NCBI GenBank assembly: GCA_030390025.1
Contig: CM059429.1
Location: 138,446,001-138,510,000 of the forward strand
Direction: 5' to 3'
From: Squalus acanthias
Lineage: Eukaryota
DNA length: 64,000 nucleotides
Below the pieces are notes generated by a model. The model did no database searches. It was not told where the DNA came from and saw nothing but the letters and a program-made list of their open reading frames with translations. Shown one piece after another: positions 9,001 to 22,250 of this stretch (its first letter is position 1; the number at the start of each line of letters is the position of its first letter). Position numbers and translations under genes: made by a program.

Positions 9001-11461
9001 TGGGCAGCTATTGAGCAGAGAAACCAGAGCTTCATGGAAGTCCTCTGGAGTAGGACTGCCAGTGCAGAAACCGGTCCTCATGGCCCCCCATGAAGTGCAG
9101 CAAGGTGCTGTCAAGCCACTTGCAGCTCTGAAGTGGGGCTGACCCATGAGAGGGATGTTGGTGGCAGACAACAAGGAAGTGGGGGTTCCTCTCCAAGCGC
9201 TCATACTCCCATGCCACTGCGGAGCCCTCGGTCAGAGCCCCACCAGAGTCCTCACCCAACTGAGATGGGCGTCTCATCCCCTGCATAGCCGCAGGAGCAG
9301 CAGACTGTTGGTGAGCCCTCACAGGCTCGCAACCCCAGAGGATGCCCACCAAAGGTGTCGAGGCAGGAGCAGCATGAAAGTGAGCAAGGGGCCTCCACAT
9401 CTGCTGAAGCCACAGGGGAAGCACCACATAGGAGCATGCGTAAGAGGAAGATAAAGCACAAGTAGTCACAAGGGTAGTCACTTGGGTGTTCTGTTGTGTT
9501 TAATTGTTAAATGCTATCCTTTAGTGAATGTTATAAAATGAAGTGATGGCAAACTGTTGAAGTTCTGGGCTGTGTCATTTCGCAAATGGAAGTTCCACAT
9601 TGATTGCTCAGGGCGACTTGGATTTGTCATGGTGGTGGTCAGAGTGATAGAAAGCTGCAGGTTCTTGTCCATTGTCTATGGTGTGGTAAGAAGGTGCGAG
9701 CCAAATGTGTTTGATTGGGCAGCCTAAGCAAATCTAGCCAAGATGAATGCATCCCTTGCATCCTGGGCAGCAATGTTCTCGCGTGCTGCTGCCGCTGGTT
9801 GATGTGCCTCCGCAAGGTCTTCGTTCTCGCTCTCCTCCTCATCCTCATCTGAGGAGGCTATGCGCTGAGCCACTTGTTCCTCAGGCAGCTGCAAGCCACG
9901 ATGCTGTGCGAGGTTGTGAAGTGCACAGCAGACCACGATGATTCTGGAGACCCTGGCTGCTGAGTACTGCAGGGCTCCACCTGACCTATCAAGACATCTG
10001 AATCGCATCTTCAGCAAGCCGATGGTTTGCTCAATAATGGATCTGGTGGAAATGTGGCTGGCATTGTAGCGCTCCTCTGCTTTGTTTGATGGCCTCCTGA
10101 ACGGCGTCATTAGCCACATCTTCAGGGGATAGCCCTTGTCTCCAAGTAGCCATCCACAAAGTTGGTTTGGCGGACTGAAGAGCGGAGGCACACTAGACTG
10201 CCGCAGGATGAAGGAGTCATGGCAACTGCCAGAGTACTTGGCGTAAACATGCAAAATTTCCTTCTTGTGGTTACACACCAGCTGCACGTTGAGGGAGTGG
10301 AAGCCCTTGCGGTTGACAAAAAGAGCTGGATTGTGATGGGGTGTCTTAAGGGCCACATGTGTGCAGTCTATGACGCCCTGAACCCTTGGAATGCCTGCCA
10401 TATTTGCAAATCCAACCGCACGCGCGGTTATACTTGCTTGATCCTTGGAGAAGTTGATGTAATTGTGCGCCTTTGCAAAGAGGGCATCGGTTACCTGCAT
10501 GATGCAAGTGTGTGCGGCCGACTGCGAGATGCCGCTGATGTCTACTGTTGATCCCTGGAATGAGCCTGAAGCAAAAAAGTTGAGTGCGGTGGTGACTTTT
10601 ACGGCAACTGGTAAGGGATGTCTACCTGCTCCTCTGGGCTCCAGGTCTTGGTGCAGCTTTGCGCAGATGTCACCCACTACCTCTCAGCCTCCTTTGGCAC
10701 TGCTGCTCAGTCATGTTGAGGTAGCTCATCCTCTGTCTGTAAACCCTGTTTTGGGGGTATCTCCTGTGGTGACGTGCTTCCCTGCGCTGGCACCTTCTGG
10801 CCTGTGCAGCTTCAGGTGGGTGAGCAACAGGTTGGCGCTCCTGTTGTTCCGGGTTCTGCTGCTGCCACGGCTGGTCTTCGTCCGAATCTGAGGTCCAGGG
10901 GGAAAGGAAAGGAAAGGAAATAAATGGTTCCCATGCTGCTGGTATATACCTCAGTTGAGGAAGCGCTCAGGCAAGGTGGGGAGAGGGTTTTCCCAGGAGG
11001 TCACAGTGGAGATGGATCTCAGCTTCACCACTTCCAAAATCAGTAGACCTGCAAAAAGTTCTCCAAGACCTGAGAAAATAAAGTTCTGCCACCTGCAAAT
11101 GATCCTTATTGAAAACTCCATTTTTATGGTGGAGCTGGAGCTGTTAGGAAGGCAACCACTTGTGAACCTGACAGGATTAGCTGGCATGTTTCAGGAGAGA
11201 CGTGCAGCACGCTGGAAATGTGGCAAACTTTGAAAGGCCTCACAAAATGGGATTATAGAGGTCGTTAAGTAGCAGTTAAGTGCCTTAAGGGTCTATCCCA
11301 CCACTTGGAGGCGGGACCGAAACGGAGTCTGCAAGCCCGCATTTGGGAAAGTTGTGCAGAGGCGGGTTGAAGGCGGGATTGGAACCCGCCGCCATTTTTT
11401 GCTACTTTACCACCTGATCCGCCTTCAAATCCGCCTCCTCGGGGCTGGCAAAATCCAGCCC
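9001..11461 (-). mobile_element. PIF/Harbinger DNA transposon, truncated at the left end
   Basis: Contains a HARBI1-type transposase; GC-rich subterminal region and TIR-like gggctggattttg end at 11461; no matching left TIR seen. Confidence 0.75.
9724..10934 (-). pseudogene. Harbinger (HARBI1-like DDE) transposase; open catalytic core 9724-10677, N-terminus frameshifted near 10680
   Basis: [62 protein letters not shown]. The upstream [22 protein letters not shown] segment is in another frame; candidate ATG at 10934. Confidence 0.88.
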
Positions 11462-13194
11462 ATTGTGTTTATTAGGTTGTATTTTGCTCCTACAATTAAT
11501 GTACTCTTTTTCTACTGTGTTATTGTGTAAATCTGTTCTATACCTATCAACTGCATGTTTCTCTGGAAATTATGTGCTCTAGTTAGAGATGTACCAACAC
11601 CACCAACATGTAAAGTCTATACCAAAAAAAGTTAAAAGGACAGGAAGTACAGAAATAAATAGCATTGATGACTTTGTGGATTGCAGTTGTATTCTTTTTC
11701 TGCATTTAAGCGCTCAGTTTGAACAAAATCTATTCAGCTGTGTGGTTAACATATTGACCTAGCCACTTAAAAGCATTGGACATAGTAAGCAGAACTAAGA
11801 GGATATTTGGCAAAGAGCATTAGTAGCAATCAGAAACTTCTGAACTTTCAGTGTAGGCTAGTGACCAAGGCGTGCAACCAAATTGAGAGCTTGCAGGTAT
11901 GTAGTTTTCAAATTGCCATCTATCTGAAATGTGTAACAAACTGATCAAAGAGATGACACAATACTTTAGAAAACATTTGTTTACATAAACAGCATGCTTC
12001 TGGCATCTCACTGAACTCTAGCTTTTTTAAAGTAGGACTTTCATCTGATGTTTTAACAAAAAAGCTGAAGCAGTAAAGTACACACTTTACATGGCAACAT
12101 CACTGTATCAGTGACCACATTATTATAAATTAACCTTTAATTTAAAACAAAAGGGAAAAATGACAAAAGTACTTCATTTTGAAGTAGCATAAAATTATCC
12201 AGATGGTCAACGTAATGAACTTTCACAGACACTTTGGAGCACACTATTCTTAGGTACGTTCGGAACTACCCAAAACCTTCTCAACATGATGACAATGTTC
12301 TTTTAGTACATAGGTTTTTGAAAACTGCAGCAACATATTGCACAATGTTAAAATTATAAAACACTAGCAACATTTTCTCCTGGGTGGAAACTAAACACAT
12401 AAAATCATTGCAATCCATATTACTCCTCACAACATTTTGTAATACGCATAACTATATATTTTAATAAAGATAATGCATTTCTCAAGTCCAAGAAAACTAA
12501 TGGAACTTGCAACATGAGGAATTCCAACTGCCACCCTGAGCTATGATCCGATTGCTTTGAAATGTTGATGTGTATAAGATACTTTTCAGCGTTTGCTATT
12601 TAAGCTATTTAAATATTGTATCTCTCTCCCTTTCTAACAGTATTTTGTTAGTAACTCTAAGCAATATTGAAAGGGTTGTATTTAGGTTCATTAGAGTTCC
12701 TACGGGCTTTTAATAAAATACAGACTAGAGTTAGTTAAGAGGTTGGAAACTGACACACTTCGGGTTTCACAACTAGTGTGTTTGCCACTCTCAGGTGTCT
12801 CAGCAGGGAGAGGAGATCACTTCCCATGTTGCTCCAGCAAGTCTTTTGAATGGTCCATTCACCAATTAGCTCCATTCGCGGTGCCTGTGGCAATGTTCCT
12901 GGACTTCTCCTTCTATTGTCCCAGAAGATGAGAACACTGTGAACAGACAGAGGATTTTGAATAGGTGAAAAATTGTAATATTATTCTAAAAGTGCATAAA
13001 CCAAACTTAATAGATATTTGATATATTGGCGAACACAATATTTCTTAGATTAAACACGATGAGAATTATCAATAATGAGTGTAACATATCACAATTTAAA
13101 TGTTGAATTATAATTTCCTGAAACATCTATTGGCTCAGTGATAATGCATTTGGTAGCATTGGTTTTAAATGTACTGTTTCTTCTCTAAACTGCT

Positions 13195-13580
13195 GTTTCT
13201 TTCATTTGCTGCTGAAATCCTCACCCATGCCTTTGTTACCTCTAGACTTGACTATTCCAATGCTCTCCTGGCTGGCCTCCCATCTTGCACCCTCCGTAAA
13301 CTTGAGCTCATCCAAAACTCTGCTGCCTGTATCATAACTTGCACCAAGTCCCGTTCACCCATCACCCTTGGCTCCCAGAATGGCAACGACTCAATTTTAA
13401 AATTCTCATCCTTGTTTTCAAATCCCTCCATGGCCTCGCCCCTCCCTATCTCTGTTACCTTTTCCAGCTCTACAACTCTCCGGGATCTCTGTGCTCCTCC
13501 AATTCTGGCCTCTTGCACATCTCCGATTTTAATTGCTCAACCATTGGCGGCTGTGCCTTCAGCTGCCTCGGCCCTAAGCT
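13195..13580 (+). mobile_element. L2 LINE 3' coding fragment
   Basis: AAEILTHAFVTSRLDYSNALLAGLP..LELIQNSAA, typical L2 ORF2 C-terminal region. Confidence 0.85.
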
Positions 13581-13581
13581 G

Positions 13582-13842
13582 ATGATGTTTTAGTGTTGTT
13601 GATTGAGGGGTAAATATTGGCCAGGACACCGGAACAACTTCCATGCTCTTCTTTAAATAGTGCCATGGAATCTTTTACATCCGCCTAAGAGAGCAGACAG
13701 GGCTTCGGTTTACCATCTCGTGTGAGGGGCACCTCTGACAGCACTCCCTCAGTGCTACACTGAAGTGGCAGCCTGACTCGGACTTGAATCCATGACCTTC
13801 TGACTGAGATGAGAGTGCTGGCAACTGAGCCAAGGCTGACCC
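13582..13842 (-). mobile_element. Deu-domain SINE (SacSINE1/AmnSINE1-like) fragment
   Basis: atagtgccatgg.atcttttaca.cc.cct.aga.gcagacagggcttcggttt core shared with 51457-51675; tRNA-like head at the right end. Confidence 0.65.
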
Positions 13843-14009
13843 CTAATGAAATGTTGGCTAGTCTGTTCGCTGCATGGCTGTTGACTGACCTGTTGTGTAT
13901 TTCCAGCATATTCTGCTTTTGTTCCCGCTTTCCAATATTTGCGGTGTTTTGCTTCTATACAAACTTGATAGGTTTAACTGACCTTTGTGAACACACATGG
14001 GACTACTTG

Positions 14010-14230
14010 GACGGGGTGGGCGCCTTGACACTAGTCCTCCAAACCTGCACAGGCAGCACCGACCAGCCGCTACAGTTTCAAGCTTGGAGGAACCTCTCGT
14101 CTCAGAGCAAATGCTTGAGTATTGTTAATCCCGCCTTGCTATTTCAGATTGGTGTATTGACCTGGGCGTGCAAGCTGCTGGTTGGTCTGTCTGGCAGTCA
14201 ATCACAAGGGACGAGTTTGGGCGAAAAGTT
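14010..14230. promoter_or_regulatory. Putative TRIM45 promoter, possibly bidirectional
   Basis: Local GC/CpG enrichment with GC boxes (ggggtgggcg, cccgcc) and CCAAT-like boxes in both orientations (gattgg about 14147, caatca about 14198), 750-950 bp upstream of the ATG. Confidence 0.45.
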
Positions 14231-14972
14231 TGGGAGTTTTTTTTGTTGGAAACTTTCTTGGACTTGGAGAGCTCAGTCCAGACTAATAGTGTTCGGTGTT
14301 ACATAACTATAGCACAGTCTGACTTTATATCATGAGGATTTAAACAATGTTCAGTGGGGAAAACCCGAAAGAAAAAAAATTACGGAAAGTTGTCGGGATT
14401 GGCGGTTCTGGTTGAGTGAACAACGGGGAATATGTTAGGAATGAAGACCGGGGAAAGTTTGATTTATATTTAGTAATAGGAGAAATCGGGTAGTGCCGTT
14501 TGATGCTATACGGTGACCTACATTGTAATGTCGAGCAGTGCTTGTGAAATTAAAGATTAATTACAAAGTGATAAGAAACTTAACACTGTTTGATCATTTG
14601 GCAATAACTAACTGCACCAGAATTAAAAATAAAAGTGAATTAATATTCCGTGGCTGGACACATTTCTTCAATACTTAATAATCTTCATTAGAAATTTGGT
14701 TTGGATGTTATAGTAGAAAATGGGTCGGGAGTTTTAAAGTATGAAAGAAGTATTTTAGTGCCCGTAGAGCAATAGGCAGCATTGGAGTAAGACCAGTGAA
14801 GAGCTGAGGTATTTTAGGATTCAGATTGAAGATCTTATTGAACTATTGATATCAACCAGTTAGGATGCTTGAGGAATTGTTTTGGATGTTGAGATATTTT
14901 TAATGTACTTGGGATTTAGGAAATTTAATTATATTTATTTATTTTTGCATATTTTTCTGTAAATTTCCAAAA

Positions 14973-15448
14973 ATGTCAGAGAGTCAGGAAAAGTTGGAAA
15001 ATAACTCTAAGACTTCTGCACCGTCCTCGACAAGTTCCGAATCTCCAAGGAGCTGCAGGACAAAGTGTTCGGTTTGTAAAAACTTTTACACCGATCCGAA
15101 GATCTTGCCTTGTCTGCATACGTTCTGCCTCGGCTGTACGAGAGGCTTGGAGCAGTTCTCTGTTCCTCGGACTCCGAGGGAGGTTGAGTCAGGATCTGGA
15201 GGATCATTAGATTGCTCCGAGCCTGGGGCCTGTATCCTGTGTCCAGTCTGTGATTGTGAGGTGCCTGTGCCCCCTGCTGGAGTGCGAGGGCTGACCAGTA
15301 ACCATCTGATTCTGAATGAGGTTTTACTGGAGAGCCTGAAGAGACCCGACTACAGGTTAGTCTGTGATCTTTGTAACGATGGAGATGCTGAAAGAAGGTG
15401 TCACATCTGCTCAGCAAATCTCTGTGACTTCTGCTCCAAAGCACACAG
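14973..15448 (+). CDS. TRIM45: TRIM45 coding exon 1 (RING finger, B-box 1)
   Basis: CSVC..PCLHTFCLGC..CPVC RING; CDLC..CHIC..LCDFC B-box; donor AG|gtaaga, phase 2. Confidence 0.93.
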
Positions 15449-15776
15449 GTAAGACTCTGTTTGGACTGGTCATTGGGATTTTATTGGCTCCCCTTGTATG
15501 CATCTTCAAAGCTTTGCTTATTATGTGCAATGATTCTAGTGAACTATACCATTGTAGGAAAGATATCTCATTTATTACAATAGATGTCACTTTTTATTAT
15601 AAAATTCTCTGTCCTGATAATGTAATTAAACAAGGGTAAGATTATTAAGTAAGCTACACTTTTCAAACTGATATGAGGCATGGCCACTTTACAATTAAAT
15701 TAATCTTGTTAAAACTGAAAATAACCATGGTTGGTGGTCATAAATTTTTAAGCTGTAAAACTAACCCTTCCGGCAG

Positions 15777-16513
15777 GAGGCAGAGGATGACCGCTTCTCA
15801 CGACACAGTGGCCCTGAAGGACCTACAAGGTGGAAATGAGAGAATTGTTAAGCCCATCATGTGCTCTGTTCATCCTGCAGAGGAACTGAGGCTGTTTTGT
15901 GAGACGTGTGATCGTCTGGTCTGCAGGGATTGTTGTATGGTGGATCATCGTGACCATAACTGTGACTTTATTGCTAGTGTCATTAACAAACATGGCAGTT
16001 TCATCAGGGAGCTTCTGAAGCAAACACAGCCACACGTTGGTGCATTGCAGGAGACTTTGCAAAAGATTGGCAATACTAGGCAGCTAGTACAAGAGCGGCT
16101 GAGAGTGATAACTGAAGAAATTAATAGTTTTACAGAGGATTATATCCGGGCTTTAGAGAAACATCGGAACAGACTTTTGAAAGAGCTGGAAGAGCTGAGA
16201 GTCCAGAAGGAGAATTCCCTGTATCTGCAGCAGATCCAGTTGGAACAGATCCTGGCAGATATGAAGACTGGAGTGGATTTCACGGAGCACTTGCTGACCG
16301 GTGGCTCTCACGTGGAAATCCTACTAACCAAATGTGTGGTAGTCAACCGGTTGAAACAGCTGAATAAGATTAATTACAGCACTCACCCTGGAGAGGATGA
16401 TGGGATACGGTTCCAGCCGCAGGAGAGAGCAGGACAGTGCGATGGGTTTGAGGTGTTCGGAATCATTGTCACAAAGGCAGTTGATCCCACCAAGTGTGTT
16501 CTTCAGGGTGAAG
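15777..16513 (+). CDS. TRIM45: TRIM45 coding exon 2 (B-box 2, coiled coil, start of filamin repeat)
   Basis: ctaac branch point and cag acceptor; CSVHPAEELRLFCETCDRLVCRDC..DHRDH; VDPTKCVLQGE; donor AAG|gtaagc. Confidence 0.93.
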
Positions 16514-17301
16514 GTAAGCGAGAAAGACAAACTTAACTTTTAAGTGTTGAATTTCTTTAAAGTTTTTGAATGACTGGTGCATCTCCCATGGATTTGGTTG
16601 TGCTGTGAGGGTTGGAGGCCTCGGTGCAAGTGGCAGAGTGGGGTTGCGGCAGAGTGGAAACGGATTGTCAAGTATGAGGTGAGGGTCGGCAATTAGGAGG
16701 TTTAGCAAATGAGCAGTGGGGGAGCCTATGATAGAGAACAGCGGGCAATGCTGGTGGTCACAGGGTGGTAACATGCTGAAGGTATTAAGAAGGTAAGTTA
16801 TGACCACCTCTGTTTTCCACGTTTGGTTAGTTGTACACTATCCTGATGGAAGGAAAAAGGAGTATCATGTTTTTCACAGTAGAAACAGCGAATCACTGGA
16901 TTCAGTCAGAAAATCTGGACAGGAGCCAGCATTTGACCAATCAGAAAGCACATGCCTGAGGCTGCAGGCACAAAAATTGTCTTTTGATAGATAAATATGT
17001 CGGATCTGAGGGCCTGGGTTGAAATCTTGTATGATGGCCACTGTCATTTCACTTTACTGTTTATGGAGGATAGTGCATATTTTTATAGTTGACTTTATGT
17101 AAAGTCATGAGACAATAGGAGGCAGACTGAGCGAAAAAGACACCCAGTGTATGCACAGTCAAAGGGGTAGGCAGGTGGAAAGGGAAACATGGAAAAACTG
17201 ACAAAGTGGAGCAGGCTCCATTAGCACAAGTAAACAAAAAAAGTAAAATACTGCAAATAAAAACAGAAAATTCTAGCAACAATCAGCAGGCCAGGCAGCA
17301 T

Positions 17302-18045
17302 AGGAATCATAGAAATTTGCAGCACAGAAGGAGGCCATTCGGCCCATCGTGTCCGCGCCGGCCGACAAAGAGCTGTCCACCCTAATCCCACCTGCCAGCT
17401 CTTGGTCCGTAGCCTTGTAGGCCACGGCACCTCAAGTGCACATCCAAGTTCTTTTTGAATGTGGTGAGAGTTTCTGCCTCCACCACCCTTTCAGGCAGTG
17501 AGTTCCAGAACCCCCACCACCCTCTGGGTGAAAACATTTCCCCTCAAATCCCCTCTAAACCTCCTACCATTTACTTTAAATCTATCCCCCCTGGTTGTTG
17601 ACCTCTCTGCTAAGGGAAATAGATCCTTCCTATCCACTCTATCTAGGCCCCTCATAATTTTATACACCACAATTAGGTCTCCCCTCAGCCTCTCTTCCAA
17701 AGAAAACAACCCCACCTATCCAATCTTGCCTCATAGCTAAAATTCTCCAGTCCAGGCAACATTCTCGTAAATCTCCTCTGCACCCTCTCTAGCACAATCA
17801 CACCCTTCCTGTAATGTGGTGACCAGAACTGTACGCAGTACTCTAGCTGTGGCCTAACTAGTGTTTTATACAGTTGAAGCATAACCTCCCTGCTCTTATA
17901 TTCTATGCCTCGGCTAATAAAGGCAAGTATCGCGTATGCCGCCTTATCTACCTGTCCTGCTACCTTCAGGGATCTATGGACATGCACTCCAAGGTCCCTC
18001 TGTTCCTCTGCACTTCTCAGTGTCCGACCATTTATTGTGTATTCC
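17302..18045 (-). mobile_element. CR1 LINE 3' fragment
   Basis: ORFs 17685-17987 and 17491-17715 (LVRPQLEYCVQFWSP, RLRGDLI). Confidence 0.9.
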
Positions 18046-18316
18046 CAGGTGTTTTTGAAAGGTTTGATATGGTAAATAAAGAAAGACTTTTTTCCTTTAG
18101 CTGGGGTGTCAGTAACAAGGAGGTCAACAATTTACTATTGTCATTTGAGGAAAGAGGTTGGGATAAATTTAAAGGGTTGATAGAGAATTGAATGCTTTGC
18201 CACAGACAGTAGTTGAGGCAGAGACCATTGAATAATTTAAGGGAAAGGTGGATAATATTTGAAACAAAGGGAAATACAGAGATATGAGAAGATGGAATTA
18301 GGTTTGGATTGTTCGA

Positions 18317-18480
18317 CTGCGGATGCTGGAAATCTGAAATGAAAACAGAAAATGCTGGAAACACTCAGCAGGTCAGGCAGCATCTGTGGAGAGAAGAAGG
18401 TAGGGTTCATGTTTCAGGTCGATGACCTATCGTCCGAGCCAGGTTCCGCTGAGCGTTTCCAGCATTTTCTGTTTTTATTC
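18317..18480. mobile_element. Short inverted-repeat element, probable pseudo-LTR remnant of a second Penelope-like family
   Basis: aaaacagaaaatgctggaaacactcagc ... gctgagcgtttccagcattttctgtttt inverted arms; related half copies at about 13880-13955 and 17240-17300. Confidence 0.55.
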
Positions 18481-18559
18481 CATTGGTACAGCAGCCTGGT
18501 AGAAGAAAAAAAGAAGGTTGACACCAAGGTGTTGATCATTCTTTGTGTGTAAATAAACT

Positions 18560-19130
18560 TCCCCTGATCTCCGTCTTAAATATTCCCTTTGCCAGTTTGA
18601 ACCTGTGTCCCCTTGCCCTACTCACATTTTAAAGTAATATTCTGGGTTTACCTTTTCTGTTCCATTAACTATCTTGTATACCTCTGCAAGATGACCTCTC
18701 GGACACATCCTTCCCAGCTTGAAAAGCCAAGGTTTCTCCAGTCATTCTTCATAATTCACACCCTGGCTCTTCACTTTCTGTAAGCTTCATGACTTTCTCT
18801 GCACTGCTTGCATGCTTATTTTGTAACTAAAACTGGACAAAGTACTTGAGGTGCGGTCTGACCAGAGCTTGCGGTATAGCTTCAGCATGCCATCCTCTGA
18901 CTTGCACTGTACTGACTTAGCAACATAGTTCAGCAGTTTATTTAGCTTGTTGATTGTTCCAGAATGACTGGACATGTTGAGTCGGCTACCCGCCCCCCCC
19001 CCCCCCCCCCCAGATTGTTCAACACCATTCAGAGAGTAGATGAATTACCCATGTTTTTTCTACAATGAACAGTACCTAACATTTACCCAAAGCAAGTTTC
19101 ATCTAAGACTGTTTGCCCATTTTATCGAGC
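18560..19130 (-). mobile_element. Old degraded CR1 fragment containing a poly-C tract (about 18993-19011)
   Basis: Residual LKLYRKL / VRPHLKY-like translation. Confidence 0.55.
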
Positions 19131-19297
19131 CCATTTTTGTAGAGTGCCTCCAATGTCTCTTTTCTATTGTTCAGCTCCATGTGACTGCCCACATGGTTCC
19201 ATTCTTTTGTGATCATAGTCAGAGTTTCTCCACCAATAGGTTCTCTTCCTAACCCCTCCGTCATCTCTGGAGTTCATCAAGAATCTTTCCTTAGTCC

Positions 19298-21715
19298 AAC
19301 AACAACAACTTGTATTTATATAGTGCCTTTAACATAGCAAAATGTCCCAAGGTGCTTCACAGGAGTATTATAAGACAAAAAAATTGACACCAAGCCACAT
19401 AAGAAATTAGGGCAGGTGACCAAAAGCTTGGTCAAAGAGGTAGGTTTTAAGGAGCATCTTAAAGGAGGAAAGAGAGGTGGAGAGGTTTAGGGAGAGAGTT
19501 CCAGTGCTTAGGGCCTAGGCAGCTGAAGGCATGGTCATCGATGATTGAGCGATTATAATCAGGGATGCTCAAGAGGGCAGAATTAGAGGAGTGCAGATAT
19601 CTCTGGGTGGGGGAGGTTGTGGGGCTGAAGGAGATTACAGAGATAGGGAGGGGCGAGGCCATGGAGGTGATTTGAAAACCAGGATGAGAATTTTGAAATC
19701 AAAACATTGCTTAACCGGGAGCCAATGTAGGTCAGCGAGCACAGGGGTGATGGGTGAACAGGACTTGATGCAAGTTAGGACACGGGCAGCCGAGTTTTAG
19801 ATGACCTCAAGTTTACGTAGGGTAGAATGTGGGAGGCGAGCCAGGAGTGCGTTGGAATAGTCAAATCTAGAGGTAACAAAGGCATGGATGAGGGTTTCAG
19901 CAGCAGATGAGCTGAGGCAAGGGCAGAGACGGGCAATGTTACGGAGGTGGAAATAGGCGGTCTTAGTTATGCCGCGGATATGTGGTCGGAAGCTCATTTC
20001 AGGGTCAAATATGACACCAAGGTTGTGAACAGTCTGATTCAGCCTCAGACAGATGTTAGGGAGAGGGATGGAGTCAGTGGCTAGGGAACGGAGTTTGTGG
20101 TGGGGCATGAAGACAATGGCTTCGGTCTTCCCAATATTTAATTGGAGAAAATTTCTGCTCATTCAGTACTGGATGGCGGACAAGCAGTGTGTCAATTTAG
20201 AGACTGTGGAGGGGCCTAGAGAAGTGGTGGTGAGGTAGAGCTGGGTGTCGTCAGCATACATGTGGAAACTGACGCTGTGTTTTTGGATGATGCCACAAAT
20301 GGGCAGCATATAAATGAGAAATAGGAGGGGGCCAAGGATAGATCCTTGGGGGACCCCAGAGGTAACGATGTGGGAATGGGAAGAAAAGCCATTGCAGGTG
20401 ATTTTCTGGCTACGATTAGATAGATAAGATTGGAACCAGGCGAGTGCAGTCCCACCCAGCTGGACCACGGTGGAGAGGCGTTGAAGGAGGATGGAGTGTC
20501 AACCATGTCAAAGGCTGCAGACAGGTCGAGAAGGACGAGGAGGGATAGTTTACCTTTATCACAGTCACAAAGGATGTCATTTGTGACTTTGATGAGAGCT
20601 GTTTCGGTACAGTGGCAGGGGCAGAAATTGGATTGGAGGGATTCAAACATGGGTTTCCAGGAAAGATGGGCACGGATTTGGGAGGCGACAACACATTCAA
20701 GGACTTTGGAAATGGGGCGGTAGTTTGCAAGGACGGAGGGGGTCAAGGGTTAGTTTTTTGAGGAGAGGGGTAATGACGGCAGATTTGAAGGAGAGGGAGA
20801 CAGTACCTGAGGAGAGTGAACTGTTTACAATATCAGCTAATATGGGATCCAGAAAAAGAAGTTGGTGGTCAGCAGTTTAGTGGGAATAGGGTCGAGGGAG
20901 CAGGAAGTGGGTCTCATGGACAAGATGAATATGGAGAAGTCAAGAGGGGAGATCGGAGAGAAACTGGAGAAAGATGCTTGATGAGTTCATGGCTAGGGCA
21001 GGGGGGAACCTTGGAGGAAGTTTGGCCTGGTGGGCTAGGAGAAGGAAGGGAAGTGGCAGAGGCAGCTGATCAGATGGTCTCAATCTTAGAGACAAAGAAG
21101 TCCATGAGCTCCTCGCACTTGTTGGAGGTGAGTGTGGAGGAGACAGTGGAGAGAGGTTTAAGAAGATGGTTAGCAGTAGAAAATAGTAACCGGGGGTTAT
21201 CTTTGCATTCCAGAATGATCCTGGAATAGTGATCAGTTTTGGCAGACGAGAGCAGGACCTGATAATGCTTTATGTGTTCCAGCCAGATCTGGCAGTGAAT
21301 GGCTAAACCAGTTGTCCACTATATCCGTTCAAGTCTGCGTCCCTTGGACTTGAGCGAGCGAAGATGTGGGCCGTACCAGGGGGAATGGCCATGGTGAGAG
21401 TGAGTAATGGCTTTAATAGGAACTAGGGCATCAAAGGTGGTGGTGAGAGTGTGGTTGAGCAGATTGGTAGCTGCAGAAATGTCATGGTGAATGGAGGGCC
21501 AAAGGCTGGATATTTGGGATTTTGTAAGTGCAGTTGTAAGAAAGTTGGGGGAAGAGTTTTTTCCAGGGGCGGACACAGAAGGAAGTAGAGTTGGGGAGGG
21601 GAGGGGAAGGGAAGGGGGATGTGGGTGGAGAGCGATCCAAGGAAGTGGTCAGAGATGGCCTTAGCTGCAATTGACACGATGGGAGTAGCGAGGCCACGAG
21701 AGATGGCAAGGTCCT
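19298..21715 (-). mobile_element. L2 LINE, 5'-truncated and frameshifted
   Basis: NYRPIS, LLDLSAAFD, GVPQGSILGPLLF, YADDTQLY, LQLNIGKTE, AFVTSRFDY; (GTT)n tail at 19298. Confidence 0.92.
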
Positions 21716-21779
21716 CTTCCTTATCTACATGTTGCTATACAGGAAGTCAGCTTTCACATGTACACTAATAATACTCAAC

Positions 21780-22250
21780 TGTACTTCTCAATCGCCTCAC
21801 TTGACCTTTGACTGCCTCTATGTTGTCTGCTTGCTTGTCTGACATCCAGTCCTGCTTCCCCCAGTTTAACATTGGAAAGACTGGAGTCTTTGTCTTTGGT
21901 TGTCATCTTTTGCCCTTGCCAAAAATGTCCATTTGGCATTGATTCCATACCCCTCCCTGGCCAGTGTCTTGGATTAATGCCTCCATACTCCACTACTCTC
22001 ATACTCTCCTTGATGGCATCGCATCCTCCAGTCAGCATAGCTCCAATTTTTCCAAAATTCTGTTTCACATATGCTGTCCGCACTAAGTCCTGCTCACCCA
22101 TAACACCTATCCTCGGTGACGTACATCGATTTCCCACTATCTTTAAATTTAAAATCTATATCCATGTCTTTAAATCCTTCCATGGCCTTGAGCCACTATA
22201 TCACTGTAATCCCCTCTCCTCCATATCCGCTCCCCTCTCCTATCTAAGTA
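21780..22250 (+). mobile_element. Degraded L2 fragment
   Basis: Weak similarity, in opposite orientation, to the adjacent L2 (tttaacattggaaagactgga, tttaaatccttccatggcctt). Confidence 0.55.

Noticed and set aside
9724-10677. Domesticated HARBI1 host gene
   Set aside because: Intronless, frameshifted N-terminus, TIR-like end and a related fragment at about 41.4 kb indicate a transposon copy.
15673-15776. ORF-track N-terminal extension of TRIM45 exon 2
   Set aside because: Intronic read-through; the branch point and acceptor at 15776 give the correct phase with exon 1.
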